Below the pieces are notes generated by a model. The model did no database searches. It was given only the letters and a program-made list of their open reading frames with translations, and was not told where the DNA came from. A stretch of DNA of 64,000 nucleotides from an uncultured bacterium (GTDB taxonomy: Bacteria; Zixibacteria; MSB-5A5; UBA10806), in assembly GCA_965541585.1 (NCBI GenBank), contig CBEUCH010000005.1:128001-192000 (forward strand), read 5' to 3'. Shown piece by piece: positions 46,062 to 57,252 of the stretch. Made by a program: the position numbers and the translations under genes. How positions within the stretch are numbered: position 1 is the first letter of the stretch; each line of letters opens with the position of its first letter.

Positions 46062-47154
46062 TCAGTCCCCCTTATGCGCCAGAAAAGCACGAATAAACTG
46101 GCCGATATCGCCGTCCATAACGGCATTGGTATTGGACGTCTCCTGATTGGTCCTGTGATCCTTCACCATGCTGTAGGGATGGAAAACATAAGACCGTATC
46201 TGCGACCCCCATTCAATCTTCTTTTTCGATGCCTCCACCTTTGCCAGTTTGGCGCGTTCTTCATCCAGCGCCTTCTGGTACAGGCGAGCCTTCAAAACCT
46301 TCAGGGCCGAATCACGGTTTTTGTGCTGCGATCGCTCGCTCTGACACTGCACTACGACGCCCGTGGGAATATGGGTTATCCGCACAGCCGATGACGTCTT
46401 GTTTACATGCTGGCCGCCCGCACCCGACGCCCGGTAGGTATCGATCTTTAAATCGTCCGGTTTTATCTCGATATTGATCTCCTCGTTCGTCTCCGGGTAG
46501 ATGAAAACAGAGGCAAACGACGTATGTCGTCTTTTGTTGGCATCGAATGGCGAGATTCTCACAAGCCTGTGCACACCCGACTCGGATCTTAAAAACCCAT
46601 AGGCATAATCGCCCTTGATCTCGACCGTGACGGATTTGATCCCGGCCTCCTCTCCGGACTGGTAATCCATCATATCGGTCTGGAAACCATGTTCCTCTGC
46701 CCACCGCAAATACATCCTGAGAAGCATGGAGGCCCAGTCCTGGGACTCGGTTCCGCCCGCGCCGGGATGTATTGCCAGAATGGCATCCAGCCGGTCTTCC
46801 TCATTCGAGAGAAAACTGCGAAACTCAAACTCTTCGAGCTTCCTGGAAATCTCATCGGCATGAGAGTAGATCTCGTCTCGAATCGACTCGTCGCCATCGG
46901 CAACGGAGAGCGATATAAGCTCGGCCGTATCGTCTATATCCCGTTTCAGAGTTTCCCAGAGGGAGATGGTTTGTCTTAAGGAACTTAACTTCTTAAGAGT
47001 GCTTTGAGCCTTTTTATTGTCGTCCCAGAAATTGTCGGCATGCGTCTCCCGTTCAAGCTTCTGAGCATCGGAGCGGATCTTTTCTATCTCAAAGATACCC
47101 CCGAAGCTTTTCCAATCGAGCCTTCAAATTATCTATATCAACCGTAATTTCCAT
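46062..47154 (-). CDS. prfB: Peptide chain release factor 2, programmed +1 frameshift
   Basis: First frame 47154-47092 (MEITVD...LRGYL), then CTT TGA G; the +1 frame 47090-46062 is open and contains GAGGTESQDW, SPF and GGQ. Confidence 0.96.
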
Positions 47155-47155
47155 T

Positions 47156-48382
47156 TTAGTTCTTTCTGCCCACCCTGAAATAGTCTTTTTTCCCTAACTT
47201 TAGAATGATATCATCGCCGTCCGATATCTTATGAGCCTTATCCTTGATGGTTTCGCCATTGATCTTAACGCCACCCTGCTTCATTAACCTGATGGCCGCG
47301 CTCGTAGAACCCGCTATACCCGAGGCACAGATGACATGTGGCAACCAGGCTTCGTTATTTTCATCGAACTCCACCCGCAGATCCGGTATTTCGTCGGGGG
47401 TCTCCCTCCGTGAAAATTGTTTTTCGAAATTGGCCTGAGCTTTGTCGGCAACGCCGCTATCGTGATAGATTCTCACAAGTTCCCGGGCCAGCCTCTTCTT
47501 CAAATCCATGGGATTGATCCCGTCAGATTCGAGTTGTCCCTTTACCAGATCGAGCTCCCCGGAATCAATATCGGTCGCCAGCTTGAAATAATCGTAAATC
47601 AGGGTATCGGGGATGGACATGGTCTTGCCATATATTTGATCCGGCGGATCTTCAATGGCAATATAATTACCCAGTGATTTAGACATCTTCTCCACGCCAT
47701 CGGTGCCCACCAGAAGCGGCATGGTAATGACCACCTGGGGTTGCTGGTCATACTCCCTCTGCAGATCCCGTCCGACGAGAAGGTTGAATTTCTGATCAGT
47801 CCCCCCCAGTTCGATATCGGCTTTTAGAGCCACGGAATCATATCCCTGCACCAGAGGGTACATAAACTCCAGCATACTTATGGGCCGACCCTCGGAGTAA
47901 CGCCTCGAGAAATCATCCCGTTCCAATATTCTCGCAATCGTATAATGCGAAGTAAGAGATAAGACTTCATCAAATTTCATGGGAGAACACCAGCGAGAAT
48001 TAAAATCTATGACTGTTTTCTCAGGATCCAAAACTTTGAAGATCTGTTTTTTATAGGTCTCGGCGTTTTCGCTAACTTCCTTTCTGCTCATGGCCCTCCG
48101 AGTGGTTGTTCTCCCGGATGGATCGCCTATCATACCGGTGAAATCGCCAATCAAAAAGACCACGGTATGACCGAGATCCTGAAACGTCTTCAGCTTGTTT
48201 ATCGATACCATGTGGCCGATATGCAGATCCGGCGCCGTGGGATCGAATCCTTGCTTGACGATCAATGGCTCGCCGGTCTTGTAAGAAGTTTTGAGCTTTT
48301 CTAAGAGTTCCTCTTCCCGGATAATCTCCACTGTTCCACGCTCAATCAGTTCAAACTGTTTCTCAGGTTTTGTCTCAATCAT
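47156..48382 (-). CDS. tyrS: Tyrosine--tRNA ligase
   Basis: [31 protein letters not shown] and a C-terminal S4-like domain. Confidence 0.97.
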   Translation of the reverse strand: MIETKPEKQFELIERGTVEIIREEELLEKLKTSYKTGEPLIVKQGFDPTAPDLHIGHMVSINKLKTFQDLGHTVVFLIGDFTGMIGDPSGRTTTRRAMSRKEVSENAETYKKQIFKVLDPEKTVIDFNSRWCSPMKFDEVLSLTSHYTIARILERDDFSRRYSEGRPISMLEFMYPLVQGYDSVALKADIELGGTDQKFNLLVGRDLQREYDQQPQVVITMPLLVGTDGVEKMSKSLGNYIAIEDPPDQIYGKTMSIPDTLIYDYFKLATDIDSGELDLVKGQLESDGINPMDLKKRLARELVRIYHDSGVADKAQANFEKQFSRRETPDEIPDLRVEFDENNEAWLPHVICASGIAGSTSAAIRLMKQGGVKINGETIKDKAHKISDGDDIILKLGKKDYFRVGRKN

Positions 48383-48494
48383 CTGGAACCCTTTCCGACC
48401 TAATTCATAAAATTAACGTAGGTTGAACCTTATTGCAAGGGAATAGTAGCGTTTTGAACTTGACAGCAGTCCGGGCTGAGGTTACTAAAGAGCT

Positions 48495-50642
48495 ATGACG
48501 ATAATCTACAGATACCGGCCATCGGGTCGAATGAAATACGTCTACTGGGGCTGCGGTCTGATAATACTCGCAGCTCTTATGGGCATCAGTATTTCAGTAA
48601 TTTTCCAGAAAGATCTGCCGTCTCCGGCACAGCTTTCCAACATACAGCCGAACCTGATAACCCGGGTTTATGATAGAAACGGCCATTCATTGATGGAGTA
48701 TTATACTGAGAGAAGAATTCTAATTCCTTTCAATCAGATTCCGCCTTATCTGGTCGATTGCCTGCTGGCTACCGAGGATAGAAAATTCTTCAGCCACTGG
48801 GGTGTAGATACCCGGAGAATAGTGGGTGCTACGATACACAACATAATGGAATTCGACCTGACGGCAGAAGGAGCCTCGACGATCACTCAGCAATTAGCTC
48901 GATCCTTATTCCTGACGCGCGAGAAGACCTATATCAGGAAGATCAAGGAGGCTTTAACCGCTCTCAAGATCGAGCGGACGTATTCCAAAAATGAAATACT
49001 TCAGATGTATCTCAACCACAGCTACTTTGGCCCCGGAGCCTACGGTATCCAGGCCGCCGCGCAGTTATATTTTTCGAAAGACGCTCAGGAACTGACATTG
49101 TCGGAAAGCGCCATACTGATAGGTTTGCTTAAAGCACCCAGCAGGTATTCCCCACTGGACTACCCTGAAAGGGCTGTCAAGAGACGTAATATCGCACTGA
49201 ACTCAATGGCCGAATACGGAAGAATTTCAAAGACCATGTCTGACAGTCTCCAGCAGTTGCTGCTGGAGATTAATCCGGCTGAGCGTAAGACGGCCATTGC
49301 CCCGTATTTCACGGAGCTCGTCCGGCAGCATATTCTCAAGGAATACGGAGAGGTAGCGCTTTACTCATCGGGCCTGGCTATCTACACGACTCTCGATCTG
49401 GAAATGCAGGAGACGGCCGAAGCCGCTCTCCTTGAAGAGTTGGACAAAAGGCAGACGGAGCTGGAGGAGTTTTATCCGCCCGACGATGAGAATTACACCA
49501 TTCTGGTTCCCGATACGCTTGGCGGGCCGGATAGCATTCGCGTTTACAAGCAGCTCCAGGGTATGTTCCTTGCAATAGATAATGAAACAGGCGCGGTCCT
49601 GGCGTTCATAGGAGGAAAGGACTTCAGAACGAGCAAATTCAACCGGGTTGTGCAGGCGTTGAGGCAACCGGGCTCATCTTTCAAACCTTTCGTCTATACG
49701 ACGGCCATAGACAACGGTTTTACACCATCGGATAAACTGCTTGATTCGCCCATTGTTCTCACCGTGGGTGGCGAAGAATGGCGGCCGGATAATTTCGATA
49801 TGACTTTTAAGGGGGAAATGACGATTCGCAATGGTCTAAGGGCCTCCAGGAATCTCGTCGCCATCAAACTTATGATGGATCCTCTGGTGACGCCTCAGCA
49901 GGTTGCCGATTACGCCCGTAGAATGGGAATAACCACGTATTTGAATCCGGTGCCGTCGCTGGCTATCGGCTCCTCAGAGGTAACCCTGTGGGAAATGGTG
50001 GCTGCCTTCTCAATCTTCCCTAACGGCGGAATTCTTAGAAAACCGTTCTACATAACTAAAGTAATCGACCGCAATGGCTTCGTGGGATATGAAAAGACTA
50101 AAGCGGACCAGGAGGAGGTTCTCTCCGAGCAGACCACTTATATCATCACCAATATGCTGGAGACAGTGGTAAATCATGGCACCGGTATCGGCGCCCGCCT
50201 CAGGGGATTCAAACGTCCCGCAGGAGGCAAGACGGGCACCACCAACGGCTTCACCGATAACTGGTTTATCGGATTCATTCCTCAAATGACTTGCGGGGTA
50301 TGGATTGGATTCGACGATAAAACCAAGATCGGCACTACCAGGGGCGAGGTCGGCGCCTCCACGGCACTGCCCGTATGGACTGCGTTCATGAAGGCGGTAA
50401 CCGATACCATTCCGGTCAGAGAATTCCCGGTTCCTCCCGGTATTTACACAACCACTATCTGCCTTGATTCCGGCGAACTGGCAAAAGCAGAATGTCCCAA
50501 AACTGTTACCGATATCTATACCGACGAGACGCTGCCAAAAACGGAATGCCGCCTGGATCACAGATCATCCCGAACGGCAAAGGACAACCAGAAAAGATTC
50601 AGAATAGATGATAAAAAGAAGGGGGAGAAAACCCGTTTTTAA
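48495..50642 (+). CDS. Class A penicillin-binding protein 1A
   Basis: TM anchor, EDRKF..H.G, GASTITQQL, RKIKE; transpeptidase motifs SSFK, SRN and KTGT. Confidence 0.95.
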   Translation: MTIIYRYRPSGRMKYVYWGCGLIILAALMGISISVIFQKDLPSPAQLSNIQPNLITRVYDRNGHSLMEYYTERRILIPFNQIPPYLVDCLLATEDRKFFSHWGVDTRRIVGATIHNIMEFDLTAEGASTITQQLARSLFLTREKTYIRKIKEALTALKIERTYSKNEILQMYLNHSYFGPGAYGIQAAAQLYFSKDAQELTLSESAILIGLLKAPSRYSPLDYPERAVKRRNIALNSMAEYGRISKTMSDSLQQLLLEINPAERKTAIAPYFTELVRQHILKEYGEVALYSSGLAIYTTLDLEMQETAEAALLEELDKRQTELEEFYPPDDENYTILVPDTLGGPDSIRVYKQLQGMFLAIDNETGAVLAFIGGKDFRTSKFNRVVQALRQPGSSFKPFVYTTAIDNGFTPSDKLLDSPIVLTVGGEEWRPDNFDMTFKGEMTIRNGLRASRNLVAIKLMMDPLVTPQQVADYARRMGITTYLNPVPSLAIGSSEVTLWEMVAAFSIFPNGGILRKPFYITKVIDRNGFVGYEKTKADQEEVLSEQTTYIITNMLETVVNHGTGIGARLRGFKRPAGGKTGTTNGFTDNWFIGFIPQMTCGVWIGFDDKTKIGTTRGEVGASTALPVWTAFMKAVTDTIPVREFPVPPGIYTTTICLDSGELAKAECPKTVTDIYTDETLPKTECRLDHRSSRTAKDNQKRFRIDDKKKGEKTRF

Positions 50643-51940
50643 GTGATCCTCTCCATGATAAGGACTGGAGGATCGAATTTCTCCTGCCCCACTTGTATCA
50701 ATTCTGTTAGTCTCTGCGAGACCATTGTAGCCTGTGAACGATCTCTGGCATGAATTTCTACTATAGGCTCGCCGGAGGTAACTTTATCGCCTATCTTCTT
50801 GCAGAACCTTAATCCGACCAAAGGGTCAATAATATCATCTTTCGTTTTACGACCTCCCCCCAAAGATACGATAAGCTGTCCGATTGATGCCGTCTTGAAT
50901 CTCTGTAAGTATCCATCATCCAATGCTTTACATTCGATCACTGACCCTGCAGTCGGCAGGCTTGAGGGCTCAAATTTGGACAGGTCGCCCTTCTGGAAAA
51001 CCACCATCTTCTCAAATTTCTCATAGGCCGAACCGTCGCTTAGTTTTCTCTCAAGCAGGGTTCTTGCCATGTCCTCTTTTTCTTCTACACCGGCTACCAG
51101 CAGCATCTCCACGCCGAGTGCCAGAGTAACCTGATAGAGGTCGGGACTGCATTGGCCGCGCAGCGCGTCTATCGCTTCTGCAACCTCCATCATATTGCCG
51201 GCAGTATTCCCCAGCGGTTGACTCATATCGGTGATAAGCGCCCGGACGCTCCGGCCCATCGCTTTGCCGACACCCATCAGGCTCTCGACGAGTTCCCGGG
51301 CTGATTCCATCTCCTTCATAAAGGCGCCATTGCCACACTTGATATCGAATACCAGACCACCAGGTCCGGCGGCGAATTTTTTTGAAAGAATCGAACCGCA
51401 AATCAGAGGAATGGATTCCACGGTTGCGGTGACGTCCCTCAACGCATACATCATCCGATCCGCCGGAGCCATCTGCGACGTCTGCCCGGAAATGACACAT
51501 CCAACCTCCTCGACGCCCTTCATGAACTCCTCGATGGAGAGGTTGGTACTATAGCCCGGGATCGATTCAAGTTTATCAAGCGTGCCGCCGGTATGTCCCA
51601 ATCCTCTCCCGGATAACATGGGAACCTTCACGCCGCAGGATGCTACCAGGGGAGCTAAGATAAGCGAGACCTTGTCTCCTACTCCGCCGGTCGAGTGCTT
51701 ATCGACATAAATGCGATTGGGCTCTGGAAAGATAACCCTCTCCCCCGACTCCAACATCGATTCAGTCAATTGGCTTATCTCTTCGAACTCCATGCCCCTC
51801 AAGTAGATAGCCATCAACAAAGCCGACATCTGGTAGTCTTTTATATCGCCTTCTAAAAACGAATTGATGAAAAATGATATCTCATTGCTTGAGAGTTTCT
51901 GACCGTCGCGTTTCCTTGCGATTATCTCTACGGCATTCAT
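50639..51940 (-). CDS. pdp: Thymidine/pyrimidine-nucleoside phosphorylase
   Basis: DKHSTGGVGDK, SGRGLGHTGGTLDKLESIPG, YALRDVTATV. Start taken at MNAVEII. Confidence 0.93.
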   Translation of the reverse strand: MNAVEIIARKRDGQKLSSNEISFFINSFLEGDIKDYQMSALLMAIYLRGMEFEEISQLTESMLESGERVIFPEPNRIYVDKHSTGGVGDKVSLILAPLVASCGVKVPMLSGRGLGHTGGTLDKLESIPGYSTNLSIEEFMKGVEEVGCVISGQTSQMAPADRMMYALRDVTATVESIPLICGSILSKKFAAGPGGLVFDIKCGNGAFMKEMESARELVESLMGVGKAMGRSVRALITDMSQPLGNTAGNMMEVAEAIDALRGQCSPDLYQVTLALGVEMLLVAGVEEKEDMARTLLERKLSDGSAYEKFEKMVVFQKGDLSKFEPSSLPTAGSVIECKALDDGYLQRFKTASIGQLIVSLGGGRKTKDDIIDPLVGLRFCKKIGDKVTSGEPIVEIHARDRSQATMVSQRLTELIQVGQEKFDPPVLIMERIT

Positions 51941-51968
51941 GCTGATCTGTATTAGAATTTTCCTGTCG

Positions 51969-52631
51969 TCAGCAATTGAAACCGGCAACTATTTGTACTG
52001 CCTGCGATGTTCCTATTCGGGTAGCGCCGGCCTCGATCATTTTCAAGGCCGTGTTTAAATCACGAATTCCACCGGCGGCCTTTACGCCCGGTTTGTCCCC
52101 GACTGTTCTTCTCATCAGGGCGACGTCTTCAACTACCGCCCCGGATGGTCCGAATCCTGTTGACGTCTTAACAAAATCTGCTCCGGCCGCCATGGCTAAC
52201 CTGCAACCTTCTATTTTCTCTTCCTCCGTCAAGTAGCAGTTTTCGAGAATGACCTTGGAGATTATATTCCCGGACGTAGCATCGACAACCGCGGCTATGT
52301 CCTTCTGAACAAATCCTAATTTGCTATCCTTTAATGCGCCGATATTAATGACCATATCGATCTCGTCCGCACCCAGCGATTCAGCTTCCTTAGCTTGAAA
52401 GACCTTTGAGGCCGTGGAATCAGCCCCCAGAGGAAATCCTGCTACCGTGCAAATCTTCACCTCGGAGCCGTCGAGCAACGTCCTGCATCTTCCTATGTGG
52501 ATTGGATGAACACATACCGCCCAGAAGCCAATCTCCAGGGCCTCGTGGCAGAGCTTCTCGATCCCGGCCACCGTGGCATCGGGGCTTAGCAGTGTGTGAT
52601 CCATGATACCGGCCAAATCGGAGGCTTGCAT
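51969..52631 (-). CDS. deoC: Deoxyribose-phosphate aldolase
   Basis: DHTLL, GFPLG, EIDMVIN, FVKTSTGF, VKAAGGIR, RIGTS. Confidence 0.96.
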   Translation of the reverse strand: MQASDLAGIMDHTLLSPDATVAGIEKLCHEALEIGFWAVCVHPIHIGRCRTLLDGSEVKICTVAGFPLGADSTASKVFQAKEAESLGADEIDMVINIGALKDSKLGFVQKDIAAVVDATSGNIISKVILENCYLTEEEKIEGCRLAMAAGADFVKTSTGFGPSGAVVEDVALMRRTVGDKPGVKAAGGIRDLNTALKMIEAGATRIGTSQAVQIVAGFNC

Positions 52632-52654
52632 GGATCGGCGGTCTTCGCCAGCCT

Positions 52655-53041
52655 TCATCCCAGCCTGAATCCCTCCGGCAGGAGATCCGATAACAAGAAC
52701 TTATCCTTGTCGCCACTGGTATTAACGCAGAGGATTTCCAAGTCGGGATTGAATTGGAAAAGCACCTGACGGCAGGCGCCGCAGGGTCTTGCCGGCGGGC
52801 TGGATTGGGAAAAGACGACTATGGCTTCAAACTCGGTTTCGCCCTCGGAAACCGCATTGAAAACAGCAGCTCTCTCAGCGCAGATGGTCAGGCTGAACGA
52901 TGAATTCTCGACATTACAGCCCGTTATTATGCTGCCGTTTTTTGTCAATAGAGCGGCTCCTACCTCGAAGCCGGAATATTTGGCATAAGCGTTTCGCCTG
53001 ACTTTTTCAGCCGCGGCTATCAGCCGTTCCCAATCGATCAT
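52655..53041 (-). CDS. cdd: Cytidine deaminase
   Basis: GCNVEN, CAER, PCGACRQ. Confidence 0.96.
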   Translation of the reverse strand: MIDWERLIAAAEKVRRNAYAKYSGFEVGAALLTKNGSIITGCNVENSSFSLTICAERAAVFNAVSEGETEFEAIVVFSQSSPPARPCGACRQVLFQFNPDLEILCVNTSGDKDKFLLSDLLPEGFRLG

Positions 53042-53170
53042 CTCAAAATCTCAGGTAATGCTCTGATCGATTGTTGGAATCGTCAGATTGCGGGTTCTCA
53101 CAAGCGTAGCTTTTAGCACACCTATAAGAGAGTGTAAAGGGAAATAAGCCTGCGGCGGTCATCATCCGCA

Positions 53171-53196
53171 AAAGAAAAACCGGCCTCTCGGCCGGA
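53171..53196 (-). terminator. Intrinsic terminator ending the alpha operon
   Basis: Minus strand CCGGCC-GAGA-GGCCGG followed by TTTTTCTTT. Confidence 0.8.
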
Positions 53197-53228
53197 TCGA
53201 GGTAGGTAATTATGAATATCGAATCGAA

Positions 53229-53714
53229 TTATCCGGCGGCCTTCTTCGCTGTGCCCTTTTTCTTTGCCGAGGCCTTTGTCTTCTCCTTCGCCTCCTCTGC
53301 ATCTTTCCCGGGCGATGCTGTTTTCTTGCCCTTTTTCTTCGCGTCTTCGACGAATTTCTTTTCGACATTTAATTCGACAACAGATAGAGAAGCGCCATCG
53401 CCCAGCCGCCGGCCATAGAACGCTCGTCTTGTATAGCCGCCCTGCGCATTTTTAAATTCCGGGGCGATATCTTCAAAAAGCTTTTTCACGGTATCGCGCC
53501 GGCGCAGAACACGAAAAGCCTGCCGGCGCGAATGCACGTCGCCCTTCTTGGAAAGCGTAATGAGCCGTTCGACTTTGCTCTGCAGCACCTTGGCACGCGC
53601 CGTAGTCGTCTTAATCTTTCCAATCTCGATTAGCGAATTGGCCATATTTGAAAGCATGGCCCTCCGGTGAGGCTTCTTAACGCCCAGCTTCTTTACGTGT
53701 TTCCCATGTCGCAT
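53229..53714 (-). CDS. rplQ: 50S ribosomal protein L17 (Lys/Ala-rich tail)
   Basis: MRHG..KKLG...HRRAML.N, IKTT.ARAK, GGYTR. Confidence 0.97.
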   Translation of the reverse strand: MRHGKHVKKLGVKKPHRRAMLSNMANSLIEIGKIKTTTARAKVLQSKVERLITLSKKGDVHSRRQAFRVLRRRDTVKKLFEDIAPEFKNAQGGYTRRAFYGRRLGDGASLSVVELNVEKKFVEDAKKKGKKTASPGKDAEEAKEKTKASAKKKGTAKKAAG

Positions 53715-53717
53715 CCG

Positions 53718-54707
53718 CTAAACCTTGACCTCTTCGGTTTCTTTGAACTTATCAACGTCCATTCCGAAAGACAATCCCAACTCGGAAAGTATGGCATTCA
53801 ACTCATTGAGCGATTTCCGCCCGAAATTGCGATATTTCAACATCTCCGACTCGTTCTTGCGACCCAGATCTTCCAGTGTGACTATATTGGCGGCATGAAG
53901 GCAATTCGAGGATCGGACGGATAGCTCTAACTCGTCCACCCGCATTTTCAACAGGTTACGGATCCTAAGAACCTCCTCGTCCACTTCCTCTTCTTCCATG
54001 ATCTCTATTTCCTGATCGATGCCGGCAAATATATTCAGATGATCACGAATAAGTTTGGCGGAAAAGGTCAAAGCCTCTTCCGGTTCGATAGTACCATCGG
54101 TGGATACCTCGATAATCAACTTATCGTAATCCGTCTTCTGTCCTACCCTGGTATCCTCGACGGTATAATTGACTTTTATTACCGGTGAGAACCTGGTATC
54201 CAGGAAAATAGTACCGGCGGGTTTGCCCGGTTTCTTATTTTGATCCGCGCCAACATACCCTCGACCGGAGTCAACTTCTATCTCCATTCTAAACTTGGTA
54301 TCCTCGCTCAGGGTCAAGAGGTGTAGATCGGGGTTGACGATCTCAAGATCGGCGTCGATTTCGATATCCTCCGCCTTGTATTCCCCTTTCTTGGCGGTCG
54401 TAAGGGTAATCGTCTTGGGTTCATCACCGAGCAATTTGAACTTTATTTTTTTAACATTCAAGACGATCTCGGTGACATCCTCCAATATGCCCGGTATGGT
54501 CGAGAACTCATGTAACATACCGTCAATCCTGACGGCAACCGCCGAGGCACCCTGAATCGATGAAAGCAGGACCCGGCGCAACGTGTTCCCGAGCGTGAGC
54601 CCGAATCCTCTTTCCAGTGGTTCGATAAAGAATTTACCATAATATTCGGTGCTCGACTTTTCATCGAGAATCAGATCTTTCGGCATTTGCATGCTTTTCC
54701 ACTTCAT
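53718..54707 (-). CDS. rpoA: RNA polymerase alpha subunit
   Basis: EPLERGFG.TLGN.LRRVLLSSI, LELSVRSSNCL, NFGRKSL. Confidence 0.99.
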   Translation of the reverse strand: MKWKSMQMPKDLILDEKSSTEYYGKFFIEPLERGFGLTLGNTLRRVLLSSIQGASAVAVRIDGMLHEFSTIPGILEDVTEIVLNVKKIKFKLLGDEPKTITLTTAKKGEYKAEDIEIDADLEIVNPDLHLLTLSEDTKFRMEIEVDSGRGYVGADQNKKPGKPAGTIFLDTRFSPVIKVNYTVEDTRVGQKTDYDKLIIEVSTDGTIEPEEALTFSAKLIRDHLNIFAGIDQEIEIMEEEEVDEEVLRIRNLLKMRVDELELSVRSSNCLHAANIVTLEDLGRKNESEMLKYRNFGRKSLNELNAILSELGLSFGMDVDKFKETEEVKV

Positions 54708-54725
54708 CTATTCAGCCTCCAGAAA

Positions 54726-55355
54726 TTACTTGGAGTATAACTCAACAACCATCTGTTCCTGAACCACGGTCGGTATATCAAGCCGTTTGGGGCGCTCCAG
54801 AAGCTCGCCTTCCATTTTGGCTTTATCCAGTCGAAGCCAGGGAAAATCAAAACCTTTTCCGGCATCTTTCAGCGACGAATGGATGATATCCAGGGTGCGG
54901 CTTTTTTCACGGACCCTGACGACATCGCCGGGTCTCAATTGGAAAGATGGTATATCCACGGTTCTATTGTTAACGGTAAAATGCCTGTGCAGTATCAGTT
55001 GACGGGCCGATTTTCTTGAAGGAGCAAGACTGAGACGGTAGAGGGTATTGTCCAGCCGGCACTCCAGCAAGACCAGAAGGTTTTCACCTGTAATACCCTT
55101 TTGACTAGCGGCCTTGACAAAATAGTTGTGAAACTGACGCTCCAGAAGACCATAGATCCGACGCATTTTTTGCTTCTCCCGAAGCTGAAACCCATACTCA
55201 GAACCTTTTCGTCTTCCGGTCTGGCCATGTTGACCTGGCGCATAACCCCTTCGTTCAAAAGCGCATTTATCAGAAGTACAACGGCTGCCTTTGAGGAATA
55301 ACTTCATTCCCTCACGCCGGCAGAGTTTGCAATTTGAATCCGTATATCTTGCCAT
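54726..55355 (-). CDS. rpsD: 30S ribosomal protein S4
   Basis: MARY...[25 protein letters not shown]. Confidence 0.98.
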   Translation of the reverse strand: MARYTDSNCKLCRREGMKLFLKGSRCTSDKCAFERRGYAPGQHGQTGRRKGSEYGFQLREKQKMRRIYGLLERQFHNYFVKAASQKGITGENLLVLLECRLDNTLYRLSLAPSRKSARQLILHRHFTVNNRTVDIPSFQLRPGDVVRVREKSRTLDIIHSSLKDAGKGFDFPWLRLDKAKMEGELLERPKRLDIPTVVQEQMVVELYSK

Positions 55356-55364
55356 AGTGCCTTC

Positions 55365-55760
55365 CTAGACCCTGCGCTTTTTCGGCGGACGACACCCGTT
55401 GTGAGGTATGGGAGTAACATCCTTGATGGCGGTGATCACGAGACCGGCCGCCTGGAGCGAGCGGATGGCAGCTTCACGGCCGGAGCCGGGACCCTTAACC
55501 CACACCTCTATCTTTTTCAATCCCTGCTCGATGGCTTCCTTCGCCGATGCCTGGGCTGCCAGCTGTGCCGCAAACGGCGTCGATTTTTTCGATCCCTTGA
55601 ATCCGCCCTTGCCTGCCGACGACCACGAAATCACGTTTCCTTTCAGATCGGTAATGGAGACTATCGTGTTGTTGAACGTAGCTTTTATGTGTGCTACGCC
55701 CACCGATTCGACTTTTCGCCCTTTTTTCTTGGTTTTTCTCTTCTTGTCTGGTTCAGCCAA
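55365..55760 (-). CDS. rpsK: 30S ribosomal protein S11
   Basis: [30 protein letters not shown]. Confidence 0.98.
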   Translation of the reverse strand: MAEPDKKRKTKKKGRKVESVGVAHIKATFNNTIVSITDLKGNVISWSSAGKGGFKGSKKSTPFAAQLAAQASAKEAIEQGLKKIEVWVKGPGSGREAAIRSLQAAGLVITAIKDVTPIPHNGCRPPKKRRV

Positions 55761-55772
55761 TCGCTCCGTCCT

Positions 55773-56144
55773 TTATTTTTTCGTCTTTCTACCTATGGTT
55801 TTTCTCGGACCTTTCCTGGTTCTGGCATTCGTCTTGGTGCGCTGCCCGCGTACCGGCAGCCCCCTTCTATGTCTTAAGCCCCTGTATGAGCCTATATCGA
55901 TCAACCGCTTTATATTCATGTTGATCTCAGCCCTGAGGGCGCCTTCCACCTTGAACTCCTGCTCGATCACGGAGCGGATCTTGGCAATATCCCCATCGGT
56001 GAGATCCTTCACCCGTGCGTCCGGATCGACACGCGATATCTTCAGTATCTTCTTCGATGACGTCTGGCCTATGCCAAAAATATAAGTCAGGGCCGCTTCG
56101 ACCCTTTTATCGCGAGGTAGGTCAACGCCTGCGATACGTGCCAA
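55773..56144 (-). CDS. rpsM: 30S ribosomal protein S13
   Basis: [27 protein letters not shown]. Confidence 0.98.
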   Translation of the reverse strand: MARIAGVDLPRDKRVEAALTYIFGIGQTSSKKILKISRVDPDARVKDLTDGDIAKIRSVIEQEFKVEGALRAEINMNIKRLIDIGSYRGLRHRRGLPVRGQRTKTNARTRKGPRKTIGRKTKK

Positions 56145-56158
56145 ATAAAACCTCCTTA

Positions 56159-56272
56159 TTATCCCTGGCGCTGTTTATGCTTGGGATTTTCGCAGATGAC
56201 TCTGACCACTCCCTTGCGCCTTACTATCTTGCATTTCTCGCATCGAATCTTAACACTGGAACGCACTTTCAT
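56159..56272 (-). CDS. rpmJ: 50S ribosomal protein L36 (zinc type)
   Basis: Too short for the ORF track; hand translation [37 protein letters not shown]. Confidence 0.97.
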   Translation of the reverse strand: MKVRSSVKIRCEKCKIVRRKGVVRVICENPKHKQRQG

Positions 56273-56285
56273 TTCCTACTCCACC

Positions 56286-56504
56286 TCACTTGTGCCTGTA
56301 AGTTATGCGGCCCCGGTTCAAATCATAAGGCGATAATTCCAATGTCACCTTATCACCCGGCAGGATCTTGATGAAATGCATCCTCATCTTACCGGATATA
56401 TGGGCCAGCACCTGATGGCCGTTATCGAGCTCAACCTTGAACATAGCGTTTGGCAGAGGCTCAATAACCTTGCCCTCAACCTCTATTACATCTTCTTTAG
56501 CCAT
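56286..56504 (-). CDS. infA: Translation initiation factor IF-1
   Basis: [32 protein letters not shown]. Confidence 0.98.
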   Translation of the reverse strand: MAKEDVIEVEGKVIEPLPNAMFKVELDNGHQVLAHISGKMRMHFIKILPGDKVTLELSPYDLNRGRITYRHK

Positions 56505-56505
56505 A

Positions 56506-57252
56506 CTACCCTAACGTTAATATCTCCGGGCCCTTGGACGTTACCGCTACCGTATGCTCAAAATGAGCCGAAAGCGAACCGTCATCGGTAACGACAGTCC
56601 ATCCATCGGATAAAACCCGAACCTTGTATCCCCCGGCGTTAATCATCGGCTCGATTGCAACCACCAATCCTTCTTTCAGTTCGATGCCTGTTCCGGGCTC
56701 GCCGAAATTGGGCACCTGGGGCTCTTCGTGCATCTTTTTACCGATGCCGTGCCCCACAAGATCCCTGACCACGGAGAATCCCTCCGCCTCCACGTAACTC
56801 TGGATGGCGAACGAAATATCCCCCAGACGATTACCGACAACACAGGCATTTATGCCGCGATCGAGAGCTTCGCGCGTAACCGACAACAGTTTTCTCGCCT
56901 TGCCATTCACATTTCCAACCGCGAAACTCCTTGCGGAATCGCCAAAATAGCCGTCGATTACCGCTCCAGCATCAACGCTTACAATCTCCCCCTCGACCAA
57001 TGTTCTGTCTCCGGGAATCCCATGGACAACCTCATCATCGACGGAGACGCAGATACTGGCCGGGAAACCCTGGTATCCAAGAAAGGCCGGACGAGCCTTT
57101 TTCTTTTTGAAATGCTCGGACGCCAGACTTTCGAGCTTCCTGGTTGTTGCGCCGGGTCTTACGTTTTCAGAGATCAAATCGAGAACTTCGGCAACTACCT
57201 GCCCCGCCTTTCTTATCTTCTTTATTTCACGGGGCGATTTGTATTCAATCAT
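56506..57252 (-). CDS. map: Methionine aminopeptidase type I
   Basis: [29 protein letters not shown]. Confidence 0.97.
   Translation of the reverse strand: MIEYKSPREIKKIRKAGQVVAEVLDLISENVRPGATTRKLESLASEHFKKKKARPAFLGYQGFPASICVSVDDEVVHGIPGDRTLVEGEIVSVDAGAVIDGYFGDSARSFAVGNVNGKARKLLSVTREALDRGINACVVGNRLGDISFAIQSYVEAEGFSVVRDLVGHGIGKKMHEEPQVPNFGEPGTGIELKEGLVVAIEPMINAGGYKVRVLSDGWTVVTDDGSLSAHFEHTVAVTSKGPEILTLG

Noticed and set aside
50639..50642. Overlapping stop codons (TTAA) of convergent PBP1A and pdp, and the 28-nt rlmN/FmdB tail overlap
   Set aside because: Short convergent overlaps are common in compact genomes, and there is no other sign of antisense regulation.
53113..53138. CIRCE-like TTAGCACAC-N8-GAGTGTAAA upstream of cdd
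   Set aside because: The spacing is wrong, there are several mismatches, and the context is not a chaperone gene; it coincides with a plausible promoter for cdd.
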